From a virus (lineage: Duplodnaviria > Caudoviricetes): DNA of 46,993 nt. Shown here in pieces: positions 9,617 to 18,375 of this stretch (positions are counted from its first letter, which is position 1; each line of letters starts with the position of its first letter). Where the stretch lies: IMG/VR virus record IMGVR_UViG_3300037483_000784, positions 1 through 46,993 of that record; one strand, written 5' to 3'. A program made the translations under genes and the position numbers. The notes under the pieces are model-generated. The model made no database searches, had not been told where the DNA came from, and saw nothing but the letters and a program-made list of their open reading frames with translations.

Positions 9617-10168
9617 ATGAAAAAAAGTAAAGAACCGACCGAGGTGGTCAAGCCAGTCAACCACAAGCTACGCTTGAAGAAATTCAGGGGCGGCTTAGAA
9701 GAACTGGAGGCTCTCGCGGTCTCGGGTGCCGACGCCATTACGAGGTGGTTCGTGCTTGAAGATGAAGATTTCAAAAGTGTGAAGATACAAGACCTTGCGC
9801 GGATGATGAAGCGACTTCAGCTGCTGCATGAGTCGCTGGATAATACCAAAAAACGAGTTGGCGTCATATTTGACGAGGTGCGCGTAAGGCACCTGCCTAC
9901 GATGATGGATTCTGAGGATATGCCCAAATTTACAGTCGATGACCTGGGCACTGTGAGCCTGACTGACGATTTGCGGGTCAAAGTGCTTGACCCGCAAAAA
10001 GAATTTGAGTGGTTAGAGGAAATAGGTTGCGGTGACCTGATTTCCAACACCGTTAATGGTTCGTCACTCAAAGCTCTTCTTCGGAGAAAATTGGTGGCCG
10101 GGGAAGAGATACCAAGCGACATTTTTGAGGTCGCGCCCTTTACCAGAGCAACGATAACGAAGCGGTAA
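9617..10168 (+). CDS. Hypothetical replication-module protein
   Basis: TAGAGGATAGAG leader; located between the helicase and the SSB-like gene. Confidence 0.65.
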   Translation: MKKSKEPTEVVKPVNHKLRLKKFRGGLEELEALAVSGADAITRWFVLEDEDFKSVKIQDLARMMKRLQLLHESLDNTKKRVGVIFDEVRVRHLPTMMDSEDMPKFTVDDLGTVSLTDDLRVKVLDPQKEFEWLEEIGCGDLISNTVNGSSLKALLRRKLVAGEEIPSDIFEVAPFTRATITKR

Positions 10169-10198
10169 CTTAAACTTTAAACTACAGGAAATACGACC

Positions 10199-10975
10199 AT
10201 GGTAACAAAAAATACGAGAAACAAGCCAGCGCCAACCAGTACGTCAACTGGCCGGTCTGTCGCAAAAAACAACGACCAGCTCCCGGCGTTTCTGAAGAAC
10301 ATGGAGAGCGACAGGCGCGGATCGGAGGAGGTCGGCGCGTCCGACCTCACCATTCCGCGCATTGAGATTTGTCAGGCTCTGTCCAAGTGCAGGAAAAAGT
10401 CGGACGCCAACTACATTGCGGGAATTGAGGAGGGAGACATGTACAACAGCGTCACCCGCGAGATTTACGGCGCGCTGGTTGTGGTGATTCCGGTGTACTA
10501 CCGCAAGGAATGGCTTCTGTGGCGGGACCAGGACTTGGGCGGCGGTTTTGCAGGCGCACACCCGACTCCGGAACTGGCCGAGGCTGCGCGCCGACAACAA
10601 GACAAGCCGGAAGAGTGGGAGGCAATCGATACTGCCCAACAGTTTGTGCTCATAATCCGCGAGTACGGCAAACTGGAAGAAGCTGTACTCGCGATGGCCA
10701 AATCCAAAGGCCGTGTGTCACGTGATTGGAACAGCTTGATCCGTATGGCCGGTGGCCCGCGCTTCTCCCGCCGTTACAGGGTTGAAGGTGTCGAAGCGCA
10801 AAACACTGCTGGCCAAGATTATTTCAATGTCCGTGTTGCTGCTGCCGGTTTTGTTGACGAAGACCAATTCCGGGCAGCGGAAAAGGCGTATGGTATGGTC
10901 AACTCCGGTCTGGCTGTGGTAGACTACACAGACGCTGCAGACGACGAGGTTATCGACGGCGACAGCGAAATGTAG
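10199..10975 (+). CDS. Putative single-stranded DNA-binding/annealing protein
   Basis: DLTIPRIEICQALS family motif, acidic C-terminal tail and replication-module context. Confidence 0.55.
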   Translation: MVTKNTRNKPAPTSTSTGRSVAKNNDQLPAFLKNMESDRRGSEEVGASDLTIPRIEICQALSKCRKKSDANYIAGIEEGDMYNSVTREIYGALVVVIPVYYRKEWLLWRDQDLGGGFAGAHPTPELAEAARRQQDKPEEWEAIDTAQQFVLIIREYGKLEEAVLAMAKSKGRVSRDWNSLIRMAGGPRFSRRYRVEGVEAQNTAGQDYFNVRVAAAGFVDEDQFRAAEKAYGMVNSGLAVVDYTDAADDEVIDGDSEM

Positions 10976-11018
10976 TATTGTGATTGGGCGGCGCCCAACA
11001 TTTAATAGAGGATAGAGT

Positions 11019-12470
11019 ATGGAATCCACCGTAATTTTTGGCCCCCCCGGCACGGGCAAAACCACCAGACTGATAGCCGAGGTCAAAAAGAGAGTTAGTG
11101 CTGGCGTCGATCCGTCCGACATCGCGGTTGTATCGTATACTAAGGCGGCGGCGAAAGAGATCGCTTCCAGAGTCGGCGTGGCGGGCGTACGCGCCCAAAC
11201 CTTGCACTCCCTGTCGTACCAGCTGGCTGGAATAATTCCTGACCAAGTTTTCAACAAAGAGTGGGCGCGAGAATTTGAAAAGGTGTCGGAGATCAAGTTA
11301 ACCTTTTCAAAGAGTGACGATTTGGAAGAACTAGCGGAGGGGGACGCCTATCTGGCACTGTACTCTTATGCGAGAGCGACCCTTGATACAGATCATCGCA
11401 GAGTGTTCATGGATGCGGGCATTGACGGCAGTTTGCAGAAGTATTTATATTTTGTCGACACGTATGACAGCTTCAAAAAAGCTTACGGTGTGGTGGATTT
11501 CTCCGACATGCTGACGCAGGCATTTGGTCTGGACCCCAAAGCACGGATATTGTTCCTTGACGAAGCACAGGATTTCTCCGCGCAACAGTGGAAACTGATT
11601 GAGTCGTGGTTACCGTTCGTGGAGGAAGTGGTGGTAGCCGGGGACGATGATCAGGCCATATACAAATGGAGTGGCGCAGACCCGGACGGCATGAAAGATT
11701 TTAGCATAGCCAACGACTCTGGCCGTGTCGTTTTAGACCAATCCTATCGTGTGCCCAAAGCTGTTCACGAGATAGCCAATCGTTTAATTGAGCAGGTGCC
11801 GGGTCGCGTCGACAAAGTGTACAAGCCGCGCAATTTTGCCGGTACTGTGACTCACTACGGTAGCTGCAACCAAATCAAATTTGATCCGACACAAGACACT
11901 TTGATTCTTGTACGCAACCATGCGCTACGCGACCCGATCGAGACTGCACTGATGGGCGCCGGGGTCCCGTACCGCACAGAGGGAGGCTTACCGGGTCCGA
12001 TGGACAACCATTTTGTGCGAGCTATTAAAACATGGGCTAAGGCCGCTAATAACTACAAACACATGGGTGACGTCATGTTGTCAGATTCTGAGGTGAATAA
12101 TTTGAAGCGCTGCTTGCACAATATCTACAAGGATCGGCTGTCTGACCCCGAGAAGATGTTGGACAATGGCTTGACCTGGGACCGTATCATGTATTTTCCC
12201 CACAAGTTGGGGTCTTATTATAAGAAGTTGTGGGGAAAATACGGTACGTTCAATATAAGTACCAATATTCGTATTTCAACGATCCACAACGCAAAGGGAA
12301 GAGAGGCCGACAGGGTGGTCCTTATTAACGGAATGACTGATCGAACCGCCAAAGGTATGGAGGATGATCTGGATTCCGAGCTACGTACGTTTTATGTCGG
12401 TCTGACCCGCACAAGGGAGGAACTTTCGATTGTAACCGAGAAAAATCCGCTTAGGCAATTGACGATATAA
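11019..12470 (+). CDS. UvrD/Rep-like SF1 helicase
   Basis: Motifs GPPGTGKT, LDEAQD, GDDDQAIY, QSYR, STIHNAKGRE and YVGLTR. Confidence 0.92.
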   Translation: MESTVIFGPPGTGKTTRLIAEVKKRVSAGVDPSDIAVVSYTKAAAKEIASRVGVAGVRAQTLHSLSYQLAGIIPDQVFNKEWAREFEKVSEIKLTFSKSDDLEELAEGDAYLALYSYARATLDTDHRRVFMDAGIDGSLQKYLYFVDTYDSFKKAYGVVDFSDMLTQAFGLDPKARILFLDEAQDFSAQQWKLIESWLPFVEEVVVAGDDDQAIYKWSGADPDGMKDFSIANDSGRVVLDQSYRVPKAVHEIANRLIEQVPGRVDKVYKPRNFAGTVTHYGSCNQIKFDPTQDTLILVRNHALRDPIETALMGAGVPYRTEGGLPGPMDNHFVRAIKTWAKAANNYKHMGDVMLSDSEVNNLKRCLHNIYKDRLSDPEKMLDNGLTWDRIMYFPHKLGSYYKKLWGKYGTFNISTNIRISTIHNAKGREADRVVLINGMTDRTAKGMEDDLDSELRTFYVGLTRTREELSIVTEKNPLRQLTI

Positions 12471-12507
12471 ACAATGTCGTACAAAACCAACTACAGGAGA
12501 ACAAAAC

Positions 12508-12897
12508 GTGAGCTACAAATTCTACCGCGTGCAGCTGGCATACTTCAAAGAGTCCGGAAAGTATTATACCAGCGGCGAATACACGACACGGAAGAGTCAC
12601 ATGCACGAGATATCTGCAGAAGTGGACGAGATGTTTGCTGCGGGCAAGCGCCCTGGACTCATAGACGGAACTCACGACTTTGGGACGTTGGTGGAGGTGC
12701 CTGCCCACCCACAGAGCTTCCCCATCTGGAAACCCCGGGCGGGCAGTCTCACGAAGGAAGACGCGGACAGGCTGCTTGAGCTTACCAAGGGTTTTGTCGA
12801 GGAAGTGTTGCCGCAGGCGGGAAGGATTGTCATCGACGCTGGGCGCGTGAATTACCTCTGCATTTTGGTGGAGCGTTTGAGCAGACTGAAACAATGA
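12508..12897 (+). CDS. Hypothetical protein
   Basis: GTG start with AGGAG RBS; stop overlaps the polymerase start (ATGA). Confidence 0.65.
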   Translation: MSYKFYRVQLAYFKESGKYYTSGEYTTRKSHMHEISAEVDEMFAAGKRPGLIDGTHDFGTLVEVPAHPQSFPIWKPRAGSLTKEDADRLLELTKGFVEEVLPQAGRIVIDAGRVNYLCILVERLSRLKQ

Positions 12898-14759
12898 AGT
12901 ATTGGCAATCGCGCATAGTGTGCCCCGATACCGAGACTACTGGCCTCGACTGGCAAAAAGATCGCGTGTTTGGTGTAGCGTTGGCATGGCTGGACGAGCA
13001 CGACCGCATTTGCTCTGATTATTTTGATGTGCGTAAATCACCGACCAAGTACCAGCAGCTGCGCGATAAAGCCCCTCAATTCAAAAAAGTGGTAAACCAC
13101 CACATGAAATTTGACGTGCACATGCTGCTGAATGACCGCGTAAAGATTGATCCGGCTGTCTGTGAGTGTACGATGATAAGGGCAGCACTGATAAATGAGC
13201 ATCTTTTTAAGTACGATTTGGACTCGTTGGCGCTGAAATATCTGAACAAGAGGAAAGATGTTGAAATCTACCAGAAGTTGGCGGATATCTTTGGTGGCAA
13301 GGCTACTAAAGGGTCGCAGATGAGGAATCTGCCCAACGCACCAATCGAACTCGTGGCCCATTACGCAAAAGTGGATGCGGAACTAGCGTTGGAGTTGTAC
13401 CTGTGGCAGGAAGACGAGATAGAGCGGCGAGAGCTGCACCAGGTGTGCGAGTTGGAGAGACGCCTGTTCCCGTATGTGGTGCGGATGGAACGCGGCGGGA
13501 TACGCGTTGATCTTGACGAAACTGAAAGGCGGAGGGAACTCCTGACGATAACGATTGACCGGCACCAGAAGAAAATCAACAAATTAGCGGGATTTGAAGT
13601 TAATCCTAACCCGTCCAATTCAATCAAAGAGTTGTTCAAACCAAAGATGCATAAAGACGGTTATTGGGTGACGGAGTGCGGTACCGTACTGGAGTCAACA
13701 GGCGCGGGTGCGCCCAGCATCGATAAGGAAGCCTTGGAGCGTATTCGCCATCCTGCAGCTTCGCTTATTCTCTCTGTGAGGAAATTGATCAGGATGCGGG
13801 ATACATTCCTTGGGAAACATGTGCTGGAACACGCCAGAGATGGGCGCGTCCACCCGAACATCAACCAAACCAAAGGCGATGACACGGGGGGGACTGGTAC
13901 CGGCAGATTGTCATACACGGACCCGGCCCTGCAACAGATACCCAGCCGTGACAAAGAAATGGCCAAGATCATTCGTCCGGTATTTTTGCCCGATGAAAGC
14001 ATGGGGTGGGCCTATGGCGACCTGGATCAACACGAACTCAGAATCTTTCATCACTTCGTAAACAACCCCAAGATTGTGGAGTCATACCGGGCGGACCCGG
14101 ATTTGGACGGGCATGCAGCGGTGGCAAAATTAACCGGCTTACCGCGTAACCCACAACCGGGCGGCAAATCTACGGCTAACGCCAAGCAAATGAATTTGGC
14201 CATGATCTTTAATATGGGGGGCGGTGAGTTGGCCGCCAATATGGGCCTGCCTTTTACAATCGAATCTTTCAAAAAAGGTGCGCGCGGCGAGGAAGAAGAG
14301 CACCAATATAAAAAAGCTGGCCCCGAGGCGCAAAAGATTATCGACGATTACTATGCCATGATGCCGGGCGTTAAAGAGATTGCGCAAAAAGCTCGTTCGA
14401 TAGCTAAATCGCGTGGGTACGTAAAGACCCTGAAGGGGAGGCATATCAGATTTCCTGGGGGCATGTTCTGTTATAAAGCTTCAGGTCTGGTGTATCAGGG
14501 TTCAGCAGCGGACCTCAATAAAGAAAACATGATACGGATATGTGAATATCTGGATTCAGAGTGTCCGGACGGAAGGCTGTTGCTGAATATACACGACGAG
14601 TACAGTCTCTCACTACCATTCGGCGGGGCAAAGGGCCACCTGGCGGCCATAAAGGCTGAAATCCAGCGCAGGCCCGAACTTCGTGTGCCGATACGCATAG
14701 ACTTTTCAGAGCCATCATCTAATTGGTGGGATGCGACTGTAGCGGAGAAAATGACGTGA
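12894..14759 (+). CDS. dpoZ: Family A DNA polymerase with 3'-5' exonuclease, DpoZ-type (Z-preferring)
   Basis: Exonuclease motifs DTETTG, HMKFD and YAKVDA; polymerase motifs TGTGRLS, DLDQHELR, variant motif B AKQMNLAMIFNMG (not canonical KxxxFGxxYG) and HDEY. Lacks a 5'-3' exonuclease and is linked to purZ. The PolA call is firm; DpoZ status is inferred from motif B and gene context. Confidence 0.82.
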   Translation: MKYWQSRIVCPDTETTGLDWQKDRVFGVALAWLDEHDRICSDYFDVRKSPTKYQQLRDKAPQFKKVVNHHMKFDVHMLLNDRVKIDPAVCECTMIRAALINEHLFKYDLDSLALKYLNKRKDVEIYQKLADIFGGKATKGSQMRNLPNAPIELVAHYAKVDAELALELYLWQEDEIERRELHQVCELERRLFPYVVRMERGGIRVDLDETERRRELLTITIDRHQKKINKLAGFEVNPNPSNSIKELFKPKMHKDGYWVTECGTVLESTGAGAPSIDKEALERIRHPAASLILSVRKLIRMRDTFLGKHVLEHARDGRVHPNINQTKGDDTGGTGTGRLSYTDPALQQIPSRDKEMAKIIRPVFLPDESMGWAYGDLDQHELRIFHHFVNNPKIVESYRADPDLDGHAAVAKLTGLPRNPQPGGKSTANAKQMNLAMIFNMGGGELAANMGLPFTIESFKKGARGEEEEHQYKKAGPEAQKIIDDYYAMMPGVKEIAQKARSIAKSRGYVKTLKGRHIRFPGGMFCYKASGLVYQGSAADLNKENMIRICEYLDSECPDGRLLLNIHDEYSLSLPFGGAKGHLAAIKAEIQRRPELRVPIRIDFSEPSSNWWDATVAEKMT

Positions 14760-14926
14760 CGGAAAGGAGCAGCTACGGCGGGCTTCCCCTGAGGACAGTT
14801 CTGACAGTCGAAAAAAATTCTTCGACTGAAGTACGTTGAGCGAGGCGCGGCAGTTTACTACGGGCACCTTGATTGCGGACACAGAAAACTGTTAAAGGAT
14901 GCTCTGTCTCCGGGCAGTAAAACCAC

Positions 14927-14956
14927 TTGTTACCAGTGTATGGCACATGGTAGAAT
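14927..14956 (+). promoter_or_regulatory. Putative sigma70 promoter upstream of the SSB-like gene and purZ cluster
   Basis: TTGTTA-18 nt-TAGAAT with extended -10 TG (TGGTAGAAT, the same as the 9211 site). Confidence 0.6.
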
Positions 14957-14982
14957 AATTCAACCTGATAGAGGATAGTGAT

Positions 14983-15303
14983 ATGGCCTACGACAACACA
15001 GACTCTGGTTCCTTGTTCAAAAACGACAGGAAGACCAAGGATACTCACCCGAATGCTACTGGCTCGGCGGAGATTACCTGTCCCCACTGCGGACAAATCG
15101 GTCTGTTCTGGCTGTCCGCTTGGACAAAAACGATTAAACAGGGCAAACGGATGGGGGGAATGATGCAATCCCTCGCATTTACAGAGAAGGACGAACAGCC
15201 ATCGGAACGGCACAACGAAGAGGCGAGGCGCACTGCTGGTGGCAAATCGGCCCCAGCTCCGCCCCATGGTGATGACTTCGACGACGACGTCCCTTTTGAT
15301 TGA
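14983..15303 (+). CDS. Small SSB-like protein with CxxC insert
   Basis: DSGSLFKNDRK..THP..G motif, WLSAW and an SSB-type acidic tail DDFDDDVPFD. Confidence 0.6.
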   Translation: MAYDNTDSGSLFKNDRKTKDTHPNATGSAEITCPHCGQIGLFWLSAWTKTIKQGKRMGGMMQSLAFTEKDEQPSERHNEEARRTAGGKSAPAPPHGDDFDDDVPFD

Positions 15304-15369
15304 GAACCCTTCTCCTTGAGTATCGTTCACCTGTTGTAACGCGAACGATACTCAAGGAGAAGGGCTCAA
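15300..15369. other. Long stem-loop (22-bp perfect arms, 14-nt loop) upstream of purZ
   Basis: CCCTTCTCCTTGAGTATCGTTC (15307-15328) pairs with GAACGATACTCAAGGAGAAGGG (15343-15364); TTGAG/CTCAA extends the stem; no U-tract. Confidence 0.85.
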
Positions 15370-15446
15370 CATGATTAGGCGGAAAGGGCCGCGACCGGTC
15401 CGAACAAACAAAAGATTTAACATAAAAACTAAGACATAGACACTAT

Positions 15447-16514
15447 ATGAAAAACGTTACATTGATTTGTGATTTACAGTTTGGCTCTACCGGCAAGGGC
15501 TTGATAGCCGGGTATCTGGCTAAACGGGACAAGCCCGACGTCATAGTAACTGCTTGGAGCATGAATGCGGGCCACACTTTTATTGATTCCAACGGGCGCA
15601 AATTTGTGCACTGCATGCTGGCCAATGGTGTGGTGTCACCGAATCTTAAGTATATACTGATCGGCCCCGGCTCACAAATTGGAATCGATCGTCTGATGCA
15701 GGAGGCTAGTGATTGCAAGGATTTGCTGCAGGGTGCGTGTGTTTTGATACATGAACATGCCTGTATCATCCATCCGCGCCATATCGAGAAGGAAAACTGT
15801 ACCATGACCGGTATTGGCAGCACCAAAAAGGGTTGCGGTGCTGCCTTGATCGAAAAGATAGAACGTAGCCGTTTTAATGCAACCATCATAGCCAGGGGCT
15901 TGGCCGAAAAAATTTTCGATATGGGAGCATTGCGCGGTGTCAACGTGCAAGTGGTAGATGCCAACACTTACGATGCAGTTGTCGATTGTGCCAGTCGCAT
16001 TCAGGTGGAAGGGGCACAGGGTTACAGCTTAGGTATCAACTCCGGGTTTTACCCTTTTGTCACGTCCCGTGAATGTACCCCGGCACAGATTATGACGGAT
16101 TGCGGCATCCCTCTGCGCAAACTCAAAACTGTAGTAGGTACGATGCGCACTTACCCTATCAGGGTTGCGAATCGCTACGACGACACGGGCAAACAGGTGG
16201 GCTACAGTGGCCCCTGTTACCCGGACCAGCGTGAACTCGACTGGGAAGATATCGGTGCCCCTGCCGAACTCACAACCGTGACCCAGTTGCCGCGCCGGAT
16301 TTTTACGTTCTCAGAAGAACAGACACGAAAAGCCCTGCGCGCTTGTTCCCCGGACGAAATATTTCTCAATTTCATGAACTACCTGTCGCCCGATAAGCAG
16401 CGCCAACTGTTTTACCGAATAACTCAGTTGGGCGGTTTCGTGAGGTACGCTGGTCATGGGCCCACAGTTGACAACGTTACCGATACGACTGGCCCGGCCA
16501 CAGGAGTGTTCTAG
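15447..16514 (+). CDS. purZ: N6-succino-2-amino-2'-deoxyadenylate synthase PurZ (adenylosuccinate synthetase paralogue)
   Basis: DLQFGSTGKG (Ser in place of the PurA catalytic Asp of GDEGKG), NAGHT, EGAQG, YPFVTSR, YPIRV, ELTTVT..RR, and NFMNY in place of PurA TKLD; short (355 aa). Confidence 0.95.
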   Translation: MKNVTLICDLQFGSTGKGLIAGYLAKRDKPDVIVTAWSMNAGHTFIDSNGRKFVHCMLANGVVSPNLKYILIGPGSQIGIDRLMQEASDCKDLLQGACVLIHEHACIIHPRHIEKENCTMTGIGSTKKGCGAALIEKIERSRFNATIIARGLAEKIFDMGALRGVNVQVVDANTYDAVVDCASRIQVEGAQGYSLGINSGFYPFVTSRECTPAQIMTDCGIPLRKLKTVVGTMRTYPIRVANRYDDTGKQVGYSGPCYPDQRELDWEDIGAPAELTTVTQLPRRIFTFSEEQTRKALRACSPDEIFLNFMNYLSPDKQRQLFYRITQLGGFVRYAGHGPTVDNVTDTTGPATGVF

Positions 16515-16515
16515 T

Positions 16516-17331
16516 ATGCCCGCCAAGAAATTCAGTGAGGGTAAACCAAAACTCAGTAAAATTGACCCCCAATTCGCTGAAGCGATGGCCCATGTCCTTG
16601 AAATGGGGGACGGCAAATACGGGGAAGCGAACTGGATGCATGGCATGCCATGGTCCGAGCTTGTCGATTCTGCGGAACGCCACATCGCCAAGATCAAAAG
16701 GGGTGAATTCTATGATGCCGAGTCAGGCCAGTTCCACGGAGCGCACGTGGCCACCTGCATGATGATACTCGGGTTTTATCACAGGCGCGGAATTGGGGTG
16801 CCGGATTTACGCTTTGGTTCGCAGTTCGTAACCCCCGGAGCGGGCCGGTACACGTGTTATCAGTGTTCGTTAGCAGTAGATTGGCTTGCTCCGGACAGTC
16901 GCTGTAAAAGCTGCACCAGGCTGACTCCGGAAGAGATTTCCGGTACTGGTACCACGTGGGCCACACCCCCGGCCCCGGGCAGCGCTGTTGTGCGTGTCGA
17001 TCGCGAAGACGGACCTTGGGCAGCTGGTTGGTACGAGCGCTGCGGGAGGACGCTCTCGAACGCCTTGGAGCGTATCAACCGGTGGGCCGATTCAGTATTA
17101 CCGGGGCGCAAGCCAGAGATGGCTCTACAGAAGCTTGTGATGGAAGAATTACCAGAACTTCTGAACGGCAACTTGGACGATCCGCATGAGTGGGCCGATG
17201 TCGCCATCTTGGTGCTGGACGGCATGCAGTTGCGGGGAATAGACCCGGTGGAAGCCATCCATGACAAGATGGCAATCAACGAAACACGACAATGGGAGGT
17301 AAATGAACATGGTATCCTCAAACACAGGTGA
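16516..17331 (+). CDS. mazZ: dATP/dGTP diphosphohydrolase: DUF5664-like N-domain, Zn-finger linker and DUF550/MazZ-type C-domain
   Basis: ATG at 16516 with CAGGAG RBS. N-domain GKPKLS..VLEMG..KYG..NW..G....RH...D.ESG..H.AH; linker CYQC..CKSC; C-domain WAD...KLVMEELPEL....EWADVAILVLD....KMAINETRQW. Lies between purZ and the HD gene. Confidence 0.85.
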   Translation: MPAKKFSEGKPKLSKIDPQFAEAMAHVLEMGDGKYGEANWMHGMPWSELVDSAERHIAKIKRGEFYDAESGQFHGAHVATCMMILGFYHRRGIGVPDLRFGSQFVTPGAGRYTCYQCSLAVDWLAPDSRCKSCTRLTPEEISGTGTTWATPPAPGSAVVRVDREDGPWAAGWYERCGRTLSNALERINRWADSVLPGRKPEMALQKLVMEELPELLNGNLDDPHEWADVAILVLDGMQLRGIDPVEAIHDKMAINETRQWEVNEHGILKHR

Positions 17332-17902
17332 TAATCACAGCGCAAATCTCAACCTCGGGGATGTGTTGCGCGCTACAATCGTCAAACGCTGGCAGATTGT
17401 AGACACCGTGAAAATCCAGTCACTGGCAGAGCACACATATGGCGTCATAGTCATCGCCATGGAACTGTGCGGCCGCATGCACCCCGGAAATCGCCAGATG
17501 TTCAATGCGGTGGTAGTAGCGGCCACATTGCATGACTTGCCCGAGGTCATGTCGGGCGATATACCGACTCCAGTGAAAAAATCACTCGGGATATACGAGG
17601 CAGTAGAAAGGATGGAAGCGGCTATGCTGTTTTGCGGCAGGGGCTACGGCCACGCGGCTGATGATGTTGTCGCTATTGTCAAAGTGGCCGATCTGATCGA
17701 ATCTCTGTGGTTTCTGGATAATTACGGCAATCAGTTCAATCGACACACCTCCTCTGTGCGCAATAAGCTGTATGCCAGGCTTCAACCGCATGAAGTAGGG
17801 GCCGCTCTCTACGCAGAACTGATGGACTACAAGCCAAGCGAGATCGATGATATTTTCCCGGGAAAGTCCGACGATGACCAAACCAGAAGCCAAAATCAAT
17901 AA
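17303..17902 (+). CDS. datZ: HD-domain dATP triphosphohydrolase (DatZ-type)
   Basis: VKRW..V.T...QSLAEH, LHDLPEV..GDIPTP.K and VKVADLIE (YfbR-like HD fold), within the purZ cluster. Confidence 0.85.
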   Translation: MNMVSSNTGDNHSANLNLGDVLRATIVKRWQIVDTVKIQSLAEHTYGVIVIAMELCGRMHPGNRQMFNAVVVAATLHDLPEVMSGDIPTPVKKSLGIYEAVERMEAAMLFCGRGYGHAADDVVAIVKVADLIESLWFLDNYGNQFNRHTSSVRNKLYARLQPHEVGAALYAELMDYKPSEIDDIFPGKSDDDQTRSQNQ

Positions 17903-18257
17903 ACGTTTGTCCGATGCGTTGAAAATGTTGTCCGGTGTCGAGGGTGAACGCATCGAAAACATGATCGGCAGTGGGCGTCCAGACTGGAACCTGTACATCG
18001 AAGGTGGTAAGACTGTTTTTGTTGAAAGCAAGTTTATGTACGACAAAGTGAACCAGCTGAAAGAATGGACAGCCATACAAAGGCGGTGGGCTAGAGATCG
18101 AATCAGGCAGGGTTTCAAGGTGTTTGTACTTATCGGTAACGAAGAAACCACGTATCTGATAGACGCGGCCATACATTTGAAGCACCAATGTATCAAGGGA
18201 CACGATGGTAAGTGGGGCAAGTCGATCAACCCAAAAGATTTAGCGAAGTTGCTCTAG
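17874..18257 (+). CDS. VRR-NUC/PD-(D/E)xK nuclease, probable Holliday junction resolvase
   Basis: Motifs KPEAK, RIEN..GSGRPD, FVESK and IQRRW. Confidence 0.8.
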   Translation: MTKPEAKINKRLSDALKMLSGVEGERIENMIGSGRPDWNLYIEGGKTVFVESKFMYDKVNQLKEWTAIQRRWARDRIRQGFKVFVLIGNEETTYLIDAAIHLKHQCIKGHDGKWGKSINPKDLAKLL

Positions 18258-18375
18258 TGCCCGGAACAGATCAGAAAATACCCTACCATGCGCTGGGCAC
18301 TTGCGCCAGTGAACAGGAGCTGGCGCATACCTTGGGTGTAGGGGGGGCGGACAAAATGGCCATGGGGACAGCTTA

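Noticed and set aside
12474-12779. 101-aa ORF overlapping 12508..12897
   Set aside because: The other frame has the AGGAG RBS and is coupled to the polymerase start.
15447-16514. Ordinary purA auxiliary metabolic gene
   Set aside because: It lacks the PurA GDEGKG Asp and the TKLD GTP-specificity motif, and sits beside dATPase/dGTPase genes.
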